From: Epiperipatus broadwayi
Taxonomy: Eukaryota > Animalia > Onychophora
Length of the DNA: 64,000 nucleotides
Reading direction: 5' to 3'
Assembly: GCA_028023455.1 (NCBI GenBank)
Contig: JAQFVV010000009.1
Location: forward strand, 7,502,001-7,566,000
This document shows positions 1-13,221 of this stretch, piece by piece; the first letter of the stretch is position 1, and every line of letters starts with the position of its first letter. The position numbers and the translations under genes were made by a program. The notes beneath the pieces were generated by a model. That model was not told the DNA's origin and did not search any database. It worked only from the letters and a program-made list of their open reading frames with translations.

Positions 1-99
1 TGCACATCAATATACTGATTCACGGGCTGTCGGTTTCTTTACAGAATACTATGTTAGAAAAAAATTTTTTGTTCAGTTTCTATACATAAAACTCTTATG

Positions 100-960
100 T
101 TTTTTTTTTTTTTGCATTTTTAATAAACAAACACTTTGTTTTTATATGGTGTAGGGAGTGGGGTTGGTTTGCTTTTAAATTATCAACTTTTTTTTGATTT
201 TGAGCTTTTTTTTTTTTTTTTTTGATTTTGAATTATCGGTTTCTTTGCATAATACTATGATAAAAAAAAAAATATTTTTACCCCTTTCTATACATAAAAC
301 TCGTACGTTTTTTTTTGACTTTTTAATAAACAAACACCACTTTGTTTTTAGATGGTAGTGGGGGGGGGGGATTGGTTTGCTTTTAAATTATTGCCTTTTT
401 TTTGGATTCTGAGCTTCTTTTTTAAAGCCTTAAACAATTCAGTTTTAATTAATAAACCAACAATTGGTTTTTAGACGGTAGAGGGGGGTTGGTTTGAATT
501 TTAATTCTCGTCTTTTATTACCTTTTGCCGATGTACTGGAAACTTTGCATATTAATTTTAAATGTGTTCGAATATAGAATACATATAAAGAGATAGATTA
601 ACAAAGTATATGAATTATTGGAGGGGGTTGGTTGGTTTTTAAATTATCAACTTTTTTTTCTTATCGACTTTTTATTGATTTTGAGCTCTGTTTTTTTGCT
701 GGAAAGCCTTATTAATCAATTCATTTTTAATAAACCAACAGTTGGTTTCTAGAGGGTGGAGGTGGGGTTGGTTTGATTTTTAATTATCATCTTTTATTTT
801 CTTTTGTTATAAGGTGTGTTTTTTTTTTAAATATTTATGCTACCAAAATCTTTATATGATAGCAAAAAGTTTTTCCTTTATTTTTTGCCTATTTCAAAAA
901 GCCTTAATTAAACAGTTCATTTTTAAAAAAAACATTTTTTTAGAAAGGGGGCGGGTATTG
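100..960. repeat. Imperfect tandem repeat cluster (about 5-6 units of 130-280 bp)
   Basis: Recurring module TAATAAAC(A/C)AACA...GG-rich...GGTTGGTTTG..TTTTAAATTAT near 121, 325, 451, 619, 728 and 910. May be subterminal repeats of a DNA transposon. Confidence 0.7.
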
Positions 961-3900
961 TAAGTAACAAGATTTTGGAGCCGTCCAACTAGCTTCTTTT
1001 ATGCAGACCCCAGGTATGCTTGCTGAAGTGGCAACAAAATTCCCCAGAAACCATGCTCCTCCCGCAAACGCATAGCTTCGCATCTGACAGGATGTTTGTT
1101 TTTTTTCTGGAAAAACACAACAGCGTCAACTTCTGTGGCCGGCAATTCACTCCCCTTCAACCAATTTTGAACACTTGCCACACTAACATTTTACTATTTT
1201 CACACGGATTCACATGTAAATGTGCATTTGCGTGTAAACTCGGCAGAACTCTGCTGAAAACCCTAACCTTTTTAGGTTGTGTGCAGTTCAAAATTGTAGG
1301 AAAATATGCATGACAGCCTGACAATTCTTAATATGTAATACTAAATCCACTACACTTTCTCAAAATTTTTCCACAATGAGTTTTGTGATACTTTCACATT
1401 ATTCAAATATGGCTACCATCAAATCAGACCATAGCAAGAGTTGAATTGTGCTTATTTGAGGAATACTGTTGCAAGTCAATGGGCATAGTATTTTGTTATG
1501 TAATTCTAGAATACATCACCCTCTAGGCGGCCTGTTATAGCTCTAAACAACACTGTTCTAGTGTTAGCTGTAAGTTAGGCCACTAAAACAGTATATTGAT
1601 GTGCATTATGTGAAAAACAATGCCATCAAGTGGTAGGGTTCAGTATACATACTATTACCAAATTTTGTTTTTAGAACAAACAAAATGTTATATTTTTATT
1701 TATTTGAATAAATATAAGCAAAAAAAAAAATTTTTTTTTGCTATTTTTTTAATTTGTAATTTTATATAAAAAAATAAAAATTAATCTACTGGATTATATA
1801 TATAATATTATTGTTGAAACATGTTTACCTAATTTAAAGATTGATTTTAAAACTCTCTATAAATATAATTAATTCTCTGTTAAAGTATATTTTTAAAAAT
1901 GTGTTGTTTATTGTAAAAATCCTTTGATAAAGAGTTAATTGTCACCAAATTTTTAAATGTAGCTAATTTAAAGTTGATGTCAAATTAACATTTTTTTTTA
2001 CTAATAAGCCAAGTATTTATTTTTGAAATGAGGCATAGGACTGCATGCAGAGAAATTGAGAAAAAGCATTGAAGTCAATTTGCTTGTACTGCTGTCTGTT
2101 GAGATATTCAGTAATTTTTTTTGCATTGAGAAATTCATGTATATTTTATTTTGATATTTGAATTCTAAAAAAAATCTAAAGATATTGGAATAATTGAAAA
2201 TGCAGTGACTTCAAAGACTTAAGCCACACTTTGATATATGTCTTCTTTCTTATTAAATTTTCATGTGCTTTGCAAGATTAGTTCGAGAATTTTTTTTTAA
2301 AGTTTATTAAGATTCATATTTATTTGGCACAATAATTGTGCAATAATTATTAGAAAAACAAAAGTTACATGATTACACATTTATTTGATATGTATATATT
2401 TTACTTTTTTAAAATAGAAATAAATTCTAGCTTAATATTAAGAAAGCAAATTATAGAATTCTGATAAACAGGCATTTTCAGACTGATTTCCAATACATCA
2501 TTACTGACAGTCTCTTAGAGTATATTGCTATAGCATAAAAATTGTCAATTTTTTTAAATTATTTACAATAGTAAAATGATTAATGATAAATTTTAATATT
2601 TTATTAAAATTATGTTTGTAGTCTGATGAAGCCTGTAGTCTATTTGAAATTGTAAAATATTGTAAAACCTTGAATTTATTTATATTAGCAAATAACATTG
2701 AAATATTTTAAAGCAAAATTTGGTAGATTTATCAGATGATATTTATTTATTCAGATTTTAAACACAAATGTCAATAAAAAAGATTTTATTGATTTTACGA
2801 AATCAATTTGCTCTCTGAAGCATTGAGTGATTAAACAGTTCTTTGTTTTTATTACAATCTTATTTTTTCAATATTTGCAAAGTTCAAATATACTTTTTTA
2901 AATTTAATTTGTAAACTTACATTACTACTGAATTGAGTGCAATTTATTATATTCTGATATAGAAAAACAGTTTAATAGTAAAATTAAATGATTGAAAACT
3001 TACAAAACTTTCACTTCGGATAACAATTAAATATTTCCTGTGAAGATTAGTTTTTCTCAAGAGTTTTCAAAGAATTTTAAGAGAATTTTTAAAAACTTCT
3101 TATCCAATCTTATATTAAGTTAGCAGTAAGTAAGCCACAACATTTTTTTGCTGAACATTGAATTCTACATGTCATGAATGAAGAGAACTGCTTGATGATT
3201 AAGATTCTCATAATTCAGAGATTCACATTGTTTTAACTATTAGCCGAAAATTGGAAATCACATATACATATATGCATTAGAAGTTACTTGCCTACTAGCT
3301 ACTGTCATCTTTAAATGAAGAACAAACAATTGAAAGCATCAAGTTAAAACAAAAATTGAATTAAAAAATTATAAAACAATTTAGAATAATATAACAAACA
3401 AAATTCTTTAATAAGTATGTACTAAAAAAAAGTCCGGGATAAATATTTTAATATTTTGTTTTTCTATTTTTTTAAAAACTATTTTGATAATTTCATTTCC
3501 ATGAATAATTTTGAATAATGATAAATCAGAAATATTTATTATTTCTGATGTACACAGATATACAATTCTAAAATAATATTTTTAAATCCTAATTCCACCA
3601 GTAAATAGAAGTATTTCAGTCAATCAGATGAATGTGTGTGTGTGTGCATGTATTCCCATAGATCTTGCAAACTATTCATTAAATATTGATGTTAGTTAAC
3701 CATATTTTATTTAAAATACCATCTTAACTTTTTCTTAATGTATTCTGTGATTAATATATCAAACTTGTATTCTCCAAAAAAATTGTCAACTGCTTATGAT
3801 AAACCCTGTAGTCTAGTTGTTAATACTGTACAAATATATGCATGTTATGATTTAGTTGCCATGTCTAGAGAATAAATTACATCTTAAAAATATATATGCC

Positions 3901-3991
3901 TTTTCTGTTAAGAGATGTGTATAGTTAAAATACTTTGATTTACTGAAACATATACATGACATGATCATCATTTCTTATGCTTGCTCATAAC

Positions 3992-4244
3992 TGTTATTAC
4001 AACAGGCAAAACTCTCCATACAGTAGAGATAAAAAGTGACTTAGATCCTAAGATCTAGGTGCAGTGCTCTCAGATCCAAGGCTCCTCACTGACGAAAGCC
4101 ACAAGCCAGAAACTAGTCTGGGAATATTGGATGAGTAAGCACTAGATAGGAATTTTATGCACAAGCCTTCTGGCATCCATTGATTATTCTGGTTTGCACA
4201 GAGTTGCACTACTGTATGGAGGGTTTTTGCCTGTTTTAATAACA
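3992..4244 (+). mobile_element. Penelope-like pLTR relic (family C) with a short inverted 5' copy
   Basis: 4051-4244 matches 24945-25126. 3992-4026 is the reverse complement of the element's 3' end at about 4209-4244. Contains a hammerhead-like core. Confidence 0.65.
4084..4123 (+). ncRNA. Minimal type I hammerhead-like motif (family C), degenerate
   Basis: CCTCA-CTGACGA-AAGCCACAAGCCA-GAA-ACTAGT-C-TGGGA. Core CUGANGA and GAAA, palindromic stem III (ACTAGT), GUC site, stem I CCTCA/TGGGA. Stem II pairs poorly. Confidence 0.6.
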
Positions 4245-5723
4245 TATATGTGCATATATCTACTGTCATTTGACATGGGTTTTTTTTGGTAGCAAAGTTT
4301 TCATGTATATATAGGAACCATCACGTAGCTTGATTCAAATATTTATCTAGTCTGCATTTCATTACAATATATATCATTATTTGACTGAATCTTAGTGCTG
4401 TCTTGCAGATATTACTTACATTAATAAATGACATTAAGTATTTAAAAAAACATGCAAAATATATAGTCTAATCTCTAGTTTCAGATGTTCAAATCTTCAA
4501 TACATCTGAGCTTAATATGATTATTACCTAAAACATAATTATATATTATAAAGATTGATTTTTTTTATGCCAAAGGCATTTATTGATTTAAAAGGTTAAG
4601 AATCTTGTAATATCTGACATAGCCATAGTTGGCCACTGTCCACAATATTACGATATATATAAACCTAATAATATATTTGAAGAATTGGTTGAAATATAGT
4701 AGTTGATAATCTTTAATGTTTAAAAATATTTATAAAGCATTTAATAGAAGATAAATAAATAATTTAGAAAATCCACATCTGTGCGATTCATCATGTATGC
4801 ATAAAGGAATTACATATAAAAGTGAGAGTCAGCAATAGGTGTTATAGTATAATTCAAATATTTCAATAAGTATTAAATATTAGAGTTCTAAAACAAATAA
4901 TTCAGGAATATTTAAATTAAAGGCAGTTCAATTGTGCGTAAGTTGCCAGAAATATTTTATCCATTATATAAAGTTTATTAACTCAGGAACACACGAATCT
5001 GCATGATTTTTTTCTTTCTTTTTTTTTTTTTTGGAGACATAAGCTATGGATTTTTGCTTTATGGTACTTGTTTTAAACAGTTTGGTAATTAATGCAAGGA
5101 GCTACTTATTAATATATTTTTAAATTTTGGCATAAAAGCTAAACTATAATAAATAGTCTTAAAACCATGAACCTAACAGTGATCTAAAAGATCGGTTTTG
5201 TTTCTATAAGCTGTTTGCTTATCAAGAATTTTTCCAATTGTTGAGAACTATCTACTTATAAATGAGACTAGATTTAGATAAAAAACAGTTGCTGCAAATT
5301 TTATTTTTGAAATTTCACTTTGAAATGGGCTTAATAAATAAATTAAAAATTGGTGCTATCTTTATTTTTTCTAAAAGTCTAAAATCTTTAAATGGAGAAA
5401 AGCCATTAATTTACTTGACAAAATATTAGAGTGGAGACCAAATGATAATTATAATAGATACATAGTTTTAAGGATTGAATTTTCACAGTGTTCAATTTGA
5501 CTGATTTTTTTAAGAAATAAAATGCAAAAATTTTATCTACACTGATATCACTGCTTTGGCTGTACATAGATGGTTTTCAGAAATAGAAGTCTCAATAAAA
5601 ATAGAAAAGTGTGAGAATATTTTTTAAAAACTGGAGTTTTGTCCATAATTCAAATAAAATTGATGACTGGTTTCTTTTTTTTATTTTATATAACACAAGC
5701 ATAATATTTTTTCCAAATAATTT

Positions 5724-6620
5724 TATTTTCTTACAGTTTCAACCATCTAGTAGCCTTCTTTAGTGCTACAAAATATTTAGATGTATGAGACTACATAGAA
5801 ACAAAGTAGTTTATTATAATTATATCTATATATGCATGATTCATTTTTTAATTATATTTTTACAAATATCCATATACATTATAATTATTCATTTAAAAAA
5901 ATTATCTTAAAATTATGTTTTATTCTTTTAATATTTATATCAAATTTTTAGCTTCTATATAGACTTTTATATATAATTTATATTAATTTTAATCTTTATC
6001 TTTGTATATTAATTATTAATTAAGTTATTCAATTAAATCCTTAAATGTAAATTTGTATATTTAAATCATGTATTACTTAATTTTTATTTTCTTCTATGCT
6101 TTAAATTATTGTCTTCTTTTAATTGCAGACTTCGCTAACTGATAAATTTTTAAATTTAAAATATTTCTACTTTATAATAACTTCCTCTATGTTTATTTTT
6201 TATAACTATGATATTCTTATTTAATTTTTAATTTATATTGTTTTTTATTATTATATTATTTAAAGTTTTTAAGCCTAACTCTTTATTTAAACTTGGAATA
6301 ATTTTTTAAAAAATAAAATAGTTTCATTAATTTTCCTTTTATATTAATGTTGTAAATCAGTTATGTACAATCTTTTAGAAATTAAATTTGTCTTAGTTTC
6401 TATTGAATGTATGAAATTAAGTAATATCTTATTTATATTGTTTCAGTTTTGTATAACCATTAATGCAGTTTTTAATAGTTTCATTATAATTTTTTATATA
6501 TTTATTATCTAATATATTAGGAATATTTTTTATTTTTTTATTTACTACTTTAAAATTTATTATATTATTAAATTTTTTATTTAACTTGCTAATAATTTTA
6601 TTTGGTACTTGTGTATAATT
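5724..6620 (-). mobile_element. Penelope-like element 3' fragment with hammerhead-like motif at 5724-5772
   Basis: Reverse complement aligns with about 11100-11760 plus 12606-12860. ORF 6429-6704 (KLNKKFNNIINFK...NILDNKYIK) matches ORF 11060-11299. Motif CTAAAGA-A-GGCTA-CTAGA-TGGTT-GAAA-CTGTA-AGA. Confidence 0.65.
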
Positions 6621-6859
6621 CAGCCGATGACGTTTTTGACTTACCAAATTCCCTTCTGGTAGACATCGACGTTTGTTGCATGACAACATTGTCATGGTAA
6701 CCAAGTGACTGGCGTGATTAATCCATCAGAGAGTCAATTTTTTTTTTTTTTCACCCGCGAGATTTAAAATTCGTAGAGAGGTTTGGGAAATTTTTTGATT
6801 TTTCTGTCTATTGCGATTTTGCTATCCACGGCATCACAGTTACTTTTTTGAGCTGTTAA

Positions 6860-7700
6860 TTCGGGTAAAGTGTTTTATTTATCTGTTTATTTTAAATTTA
6901 CAAAAAATTTTTGTTAATATTTCTACAATTATCAAACTTACATTGAATTATTCTCCGGTAAAGTGTTTTTTATTTATCTGTTTATTTTAAATTTACAAAA
7001 ATTTTTAGTTAATATTTCTACAATTCTGAAACTTACGTTTAATGTGTAAATAATTTATTCTCCGGTAAAGTGTTTTTTATTTATCTGTTTATTTTAAATT
7101 TACAAAAATTTTTAGTTAATATTTCTACAATTCTGAAACTTATGTTTAATGTGTAAATAATTTATTCTCCGTGTTTTTTATTTATCTGTTTATTTTAAAT
7201 TTACAAAAATTTTTAGTTAATATTTCTACAATTCTGAAACTTACGTTTAATGTGTAAATAATTTTCAATAATTTTTTAAAACAAATTTGGAATATACATT
7301 ACCAAATGTGATAACAAGGACGCCATTAATGCCAGATTCGCATTAATTCGGGTAAAGTGTTTTATTTATTTTAAATTTACAAAAACTTTTTGTTAATATT
7401 TCTACATTACGTTTTTAATGTGTAAATAATTTGAAATAATTTTTTAAATCAATTTTGTGCAATATGCAGTATGTTTTAAAAATTACCAAATGCATATAAA
7501 AGTGTGGCGTTTTCTGGACGCCATTAATACCAGATTTGCATTAGATCGCGTCTTTTTTATTTAGGTGTTTATTTAAAATTTACAAAAAGTTTTTGTTAAT
7601 ATTTCTACAATTCTCAAACTTACATTGAATTACGTTTAATGTGTAAATAATTTTCAATAATTTTTTAAAACAAATTTGGAATATACATCACCAAATGCAT
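6860..7700. repeat. Tandem array of about 107-bp units
   Basis: Units start at CTCC(GGTAAAGTG) at 6953, 7060 and 7167 (107-bp period). Diverged units lie near 6862, 7349 and 7560. Confidence 0.9.
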
Positions 7701-7840
7701 ATGTGATAACATGGACGTTTTTTATCCCTATATATTTAATTTTTTTCAATTACATCATGTTATTTTCATCTTTTATATTTTTTACTGGGTAATTTATATT
7801 TTTAGTTCATTATTATTGAATTCATTTGTGTTTTATATTA

Positions 7841-8705
7841 AAAATAGAAATAAAACAAACTAACTCCTTTTTAAAACTTGTTTTTTATATGACTATTATA
7901 TGGGGAAAAAAATCCAACATTTTGACTATTTTATATAGTCTTTTTCAAGGCACACTAAAATAAAATATATATATATATAACAAATAACACATATTCCATA
8001 AAAATAAATAAATAAATATACAAAAAATTACAAAGTATATTCATAACCAAAAATATACCTTATCTCACTCCCCTTTCCTATTACAACAAACATAACTCAA
8101 AGAGAAACAATTTCCTTTTATTAAAAAAAAAAATCTATATATATCCTTTAAAACATTTAATTAAAAACCTATTATTTTCTTTTCTGTTTATCTATTAACA
8201 TCCTATTTAATTCTGGTTTTATTTCATTAATGTATTCACTTTCTTTTATCATCCTTTCATTATATGACTTAATACATTCCAAAGGCTTTATATCAAAATC
8301 CCCATGCTTAAATTTATTCATGTGAATATAAACAGCAGAATTAAATAGGATGTTAATAGATAAGCAGAAAAGAAAATAATGGGTTTTTAATTAAATGTTT
8401 TAAAGGATATATATAGATTTTTTTTTTTAATAAAAGGAAATTGTTTCTCTTTGAGTTGTGTTTGTTGGTAATAGGAAAGGGGAGTGAGATAAGGTATATT
8501 TTTGGTTATGAATATATTTTGTAATTTTTTGTTTATTTATTTATTTTTATGGAATGTGTTATTTGTTATATATATATTTTATTTTATTTTAGTGTGCCTT
8601 GAAAAAGACTATATAAAATAATCAAAACATTGGATTTTTTTTCCATGTAATAGTCATATAAAAAACAAGTTTTAAAAAGGAGTTAGTTTGTTTTATTTCT
8701 ATTTT
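7841..8705. repeat. Long foldback (arms about 385 bp), probably an inverted Penelope-like pLTR pair (family D)
   Basis: 7841-about 8226 is a close reverse complement of about 8323-8705, with a spacer of about 95 bp. Each arm has a CTTGAAAAA-GACTAT-ATAAA-ATA(G/A)TC-AAAA-(TG/CA)TTGG motif. Confidence 0.85.
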
Positions 8706-8812
8706 GGATATTATGAACTATTTTGAAAAAAAGAACTATGTGCTTGATATATTAAATTATGTGTTTTATATTCTGAATTTGAGCAATAATTTTTTTATAT
8801 GTTAAAATAAAT

Positions 8813-8900
8813 CAGGGGTGGCCAAACTTTTAGACATGGGGATGACTTTTTTTGGTGAAAGTGTACCTGAGGGTGACTACATTTTTTTCAGGGCTTCAAA
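8813..8900 (+). mobile_element. hAT-type terminal fragment
   Basis: Starts CAGGGGTGGCCAAACTTTT, typical of hAT MITE termini. No matching right TIR found. Confidence 0.45.
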
Positions 8901-10349
8901 CCAGAAACCAAAAAAGAAAAAAAAAATTTTGTCAGAACGAAAATCGGAATGGAAAAAAATAACAGTTCAAAGTCCTGTTTTTTAAAAAATGTACTTACGA
9001 ATTGGTGTTTTTTTTATATAAGGGCTTTGTAGGTACTCAGAAATATTGGTCAAGTTTTTAGAAGAAATGAACTGATAAATTTTTTTTTAATAAGATACAA
9101 ACTGTTGAAGACTTTATATGACTACTATTAAATTACCTCAGCTCCCTCTAGTATTACAATTTGTCCATGTTGCTTTATAAAATGTTTATTAAAGGATTAT
9201 TTTTTACAGGGAAACTTGTATATGGCTTTAACTCATTCTCAAATTGCTAAGTTTTATGTTATTTTGCTGATTTTACAGTCATTTTATCAAGAAAAATGTA
9301 CCATATAATGCTGCCCTCTTTATAATTATTTTATAACTAAAAAATAAATAATATTTAAATCTAAAGTTGTAACAATGAAATAAAGCCTGTCTTCCAAGGC
9401 ACTGACTGGCTGTTTTATATTCTCTACAAAAAGGAGTGTCTATCAACAATTTTGACAGTCTTAAGTTCTTTGTTTTGATTTTCAAAATGAAAATGTATGT
9501 TTTAGAGGGTTTTTTTTTACATATTTAATATTATTTTCATAAAGTTTATGTGAAAATATTATTTTAGAAGAATAGTTCAGATTTCAATAAAAATTATTTA
9601 CTTTTAAACGAAAGTAAATTGATAAAGAAATCAATGATGTAGGCTGTATTTTGTAATAGATTATGAAAAATACATTTTATGTTGTTTGCTATAGATTATT
9701 TTTATCAATTGTAAATAGAAATTTATTTTTGAAAAAACTTGTTTAGTTTAATAATCTGACAAATTATTAATTTGCTTTTTAGAAACTAAACTGAAACAAT
9801 TATAATTTTAAAAGACATATATTTTTAATGCAGATTCTGTAATTGACCAATCAAAAATTTAGAACTTTAATTCACTCAGCCAATAGGTATTTTGAATGAG
9901 GTAAAGTTTAAATTATAATTATTAAATTACTATATGAAGTGTTTTAAAACATTCACAACTTCTTTGTTTTAAAATCAGTTCATTAAAATCCTTGTTTCTC
10001 CAGGACAAGTTATTTTCATTTCTCCTCGGGAAAATGGCAATTAAACATTTCTAAGAATTTTAGCTCTAACATTACACAAAAATAATTTAATTCTTTTCAG
10101 CTTCTTTCAATCTGGCTTTTTTTTTAAATTGACAATAACAACAGGTGTTATTTTAAATTTAACTATTTTGAAACAATAATAATTTTGAATTTTTCCTTTT
10201 TTTATTTTTTATTATTATTTATATTCAAATCAGTTCTGAATTTATCACTATAAACTTTCAATGTTCATGCCAGCTTCGCAGTTGATGTTTTGGTCATCTC
10301 TGATATAAATCAAGATTTTTACATTAAAAACAATAAACAATTAATAAAT

Positions 10350-12860
10350 GAAATTAATAATATAGTTAAAAAGTATAGTAATTATAATTTAACATTGGTT
10401 AAAATGAATATTTATATCAATATATGCTAAAATCAATATTAAAAAGCTATAGATTTGATCATTAACAAATGCATAAAAGGTAAAAATAAAAATTTAAAAA
10501 TACAAATTAAAACATTTAGTAGAAATAATGGAATTTAGGTTAAAGAAATTACATTTGAATTTAATAAAGAATACTATAAGCAAAAAGAAGGATTATAGAA
10601 GCTTTTTTTTATAAAATATATTGAAAAATAAAATGCACCTTTACTTATAAAAAATATATATAAATAACTATTTATTTATTTTTTTAGTCACAGCCAAAGT
10701 CAATGAAATACTTTTATAGAAAAAATGAATAAATTAGACGGAAATATAAAATTCAAAATTGAAAAGGGGGTGGAGATAAATTGGCTTATTTAGATATATT
10801 GTTAATTAAATCATATGTACATGTATAAAAAATGTAATATAGATAATAGTATAATTTATTGATATTCTAAGATAAAAAAATAAAAGTAATCGTATAATTT
10901 GTAGTGTATGGAGCCAAAAATTATTGCTTAAATTTAGAAGAGGATTAAAAAACAAATGAAATTAATAATAAACGATTACCTAATAAAGATTATAAGAGAT
11001 AATATGAAGTTAATAGAAAACAAAATAAATAAAATAATATAGGGGATAAATAAAGATAATTGAAAAAAGTAAATAAATATATAGGTATAAAAATTTACAA
11101 TAATAACATAGTAAAAAACATAAATAAAAATATTAAGTTGAATAGAAAATTTAATAATATAATAAATTTTAAAATAAATAAAAATAATATTCTTAACATA
11201 TTAGATAATAAATATATAAAAAATAACTGCATAAATGATTTATATGAAATTAAATATTCAAAAAATGTCAAATTAATAATATTAAAAGTAATTTCATAAG
11301 TAAAATGAAAAATGAAATTAATACAAGATTGAAAAAACATCAATGGAATAAAAGATTATCTATTTATATGCATTCAATAAAACAGAACATCCATTTGTAA
11401 AAGATTGAATAAAAATGATTGACTATATATTAATTAAAAAAAAAAATAGCACAAGTTTAAATAAAGATTTAGATTTAAATTTTTTATTAATATAATAATA
11501 CAAAGTAATAATGTCAAATAAAATTGAATAAATAAGAGAAAGAAATAGTTGTAAAAGATAAATAATGAGGGAGTTATTATATAAAGCAAAAATATTTTAA
11601 TTTAAAAAAAAAAAATTAGTTAATGAAGTTTGCAGTTAAGAGAATATAACAATTTAAAACAAACAAACAAAAAATTAAATAATGCATTATTTAGAGCATA
11701 AATTTAAATTTTAAATGATTTAATTGAATAATTTAATTTAGTTAATGATAATAAATATATACGGGGGGGGGGGACCAAAATAACTGGAATTTTGGAATAA
11801 AAAATTGTGTATTTATGTTTAGGTGTTACAAATTGAATCTCTTTCAAAGTGTAGTCCATTTAATACAATGCACTGATCTACATGTGTTTTTTATTTTTCG
11901 AAGTGATGCTTTTTAATATCTGCATTTTTTCCTTCACCACTTCCAAGTCAGCAAAAAAAAAACATTTTGAGATATTTTTTCATTCAAAAGAATAAAAAGA
12001 AGTCAAACAGAGTGAGATTGAGTGAATATGGCTGATGATAAACATCCAGTGCTTTGTGTGCTGATGCATTGTCATGGTGAAGTTTGCACTTCCATTAATC
12101 TCAAAATGAAATGTTTTTGTTTTACTGCACCACACAAACTTTTCAGAACTTGTAGGATTTTAAATGTTTGGTTAAAAATTTGAACAATTCAGTTTGCAAA
12201 TAAAAAAAAAAATTTCAACATCTTGTCATTAGAATTTGTTTGCCATGCTTTTTCATGACATGATGAATTTGATACTTCCCTTAAACCATTTGTAAACTTG
12301 TGTTTTCCCCACAACAGTTTGCATGTAAGCTGTTTCAAGCATTACAAGTGCTTTCTCTGCCACTTTCCTTAATTGTAAACGGAATTTTATATTGTTGCAA
12401 CTTTTTGCCCATTTCAAAAATTGAGAAATAAGTGACACACACTTAAAAAAATCATTTGCATGGAATCATGACTACACTCAATAATGACATTTGACAACTT
12501 GGTACAAGGGGATCCCCTCAGGAGGCATCTAGCAGTAGAAGCACATACTACAACATGCTAGCTTTTTAAAGAACAATTCCGGTTATTTTTAGGTACTCCC
12601 TCACTTATATAAAATTAGTATATGTAAAAGTTAAAAATGAAATAAATATTAAATAAAAATAAAATATAATTTTAACAAATTTTTAAGATGAATAATTAAT
12701 TATAAGGTATATGAATATTTGTGCAAATGTAATTAAAATATGAATCATATATATTTAGTTATAATTGCAGTAAAATATTTTCTTTCTATGTAGTCATATA
12801 TATTTAAATTTTTTGTAGCTCTGAAGAAAACTGCTGAATAATTAAAATTGTAAGAAAATC
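10350..12860 (+). mobile_element. Degenerate Penelope-like retroelement (RT + GIY-YIG relic + 3' pLTR), interrupted by a mariner
   Basis: Relic motifs DGNIKFKIEK (IxFTxExE-like) near 10740 and DLYEIKYS...FISKMKNEINTRLKKH (GVYxIxC...YIGxTxRxxxTRxKEH-like) near 11235-11340. Hammerhead-like motif at 12815-12858. Sequence on both sides of the mariner is contiguous with the 5724-6620 copy. Confidence 0.65.
11762..12605 (-). mobile_element. Internally deleted Tc1/mariner transposon
   Basis: TIRs CGGGGGG..GACCAAAATAACTGGAATT and AATTCCGGTTATTTTTAGGTACTCCCTC, with TA flanks. Minus strand gives NIKFRLQLRK...TQVYKWFK (HTH; ORF 12253-12438) and LHHDNASAH near 12060. Confidence 0.85.
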
Positions 12861-13035
12861 ATTTATTTGAAGAAAATACCACTAGTGAATCTATCTCCTG
12901 TTTGAAATCTCTATAGATTTTTTTAATGTTATTTTGTTAATAATTAAGCTGTCCAAAATAAAAAAAAAAAATCTATATGCTAATTAAATAATAATTATAT
13001 ATTTTTGGTTAATATAGATTTTTTTATATTTCCAG

Positions 13036-13221
13036 GTTGGTGAACGCATTCGTGTTATTTTGGATTGTGAAGACAAAACTCTTGCTTTTGAACGAGAATT
13101 TGAATTTTTGGGCATAGCATTTCGTGGTCTCCCAGACACAAGACTATATCCTGCAGTATCAGCTGTTTATGGTCATACCAAAGTATCTATGGTATATTTG
13201 GGATCACCATTAGATGGTTAA
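13036..13221 (+). CDS. FBXO45: F-box/SPRY domain protein 1 (FBXO45/Fsn), terminal coding exon
   Basis: Polypyrimidine tract and CAG acceptor at 13033-13035. Phase-0 translation [61 protein letters not shown] matches the FBXO45 C-terminus. No upstream exons found in the window. Confidence 0.96.
   Translation, partial: VGERIRVILDCEDKTLAFEREFEFLGIAFRGLPDTRLYPAVSAVYGHTKVSMVYLGSPLDG

Noticed and set aside
999-1313. Overlapping ORFs 999-1181 (-) and 1020-1313 (+) in a GC-richer patch
   Set aside because: No recognisable motif or splice context. More likely part of an unclassified repeat.
6860-7700. CRISPR-like array
   Set aside because: Units are fully repeated with no unique spacers, and the context is eukaryotic.
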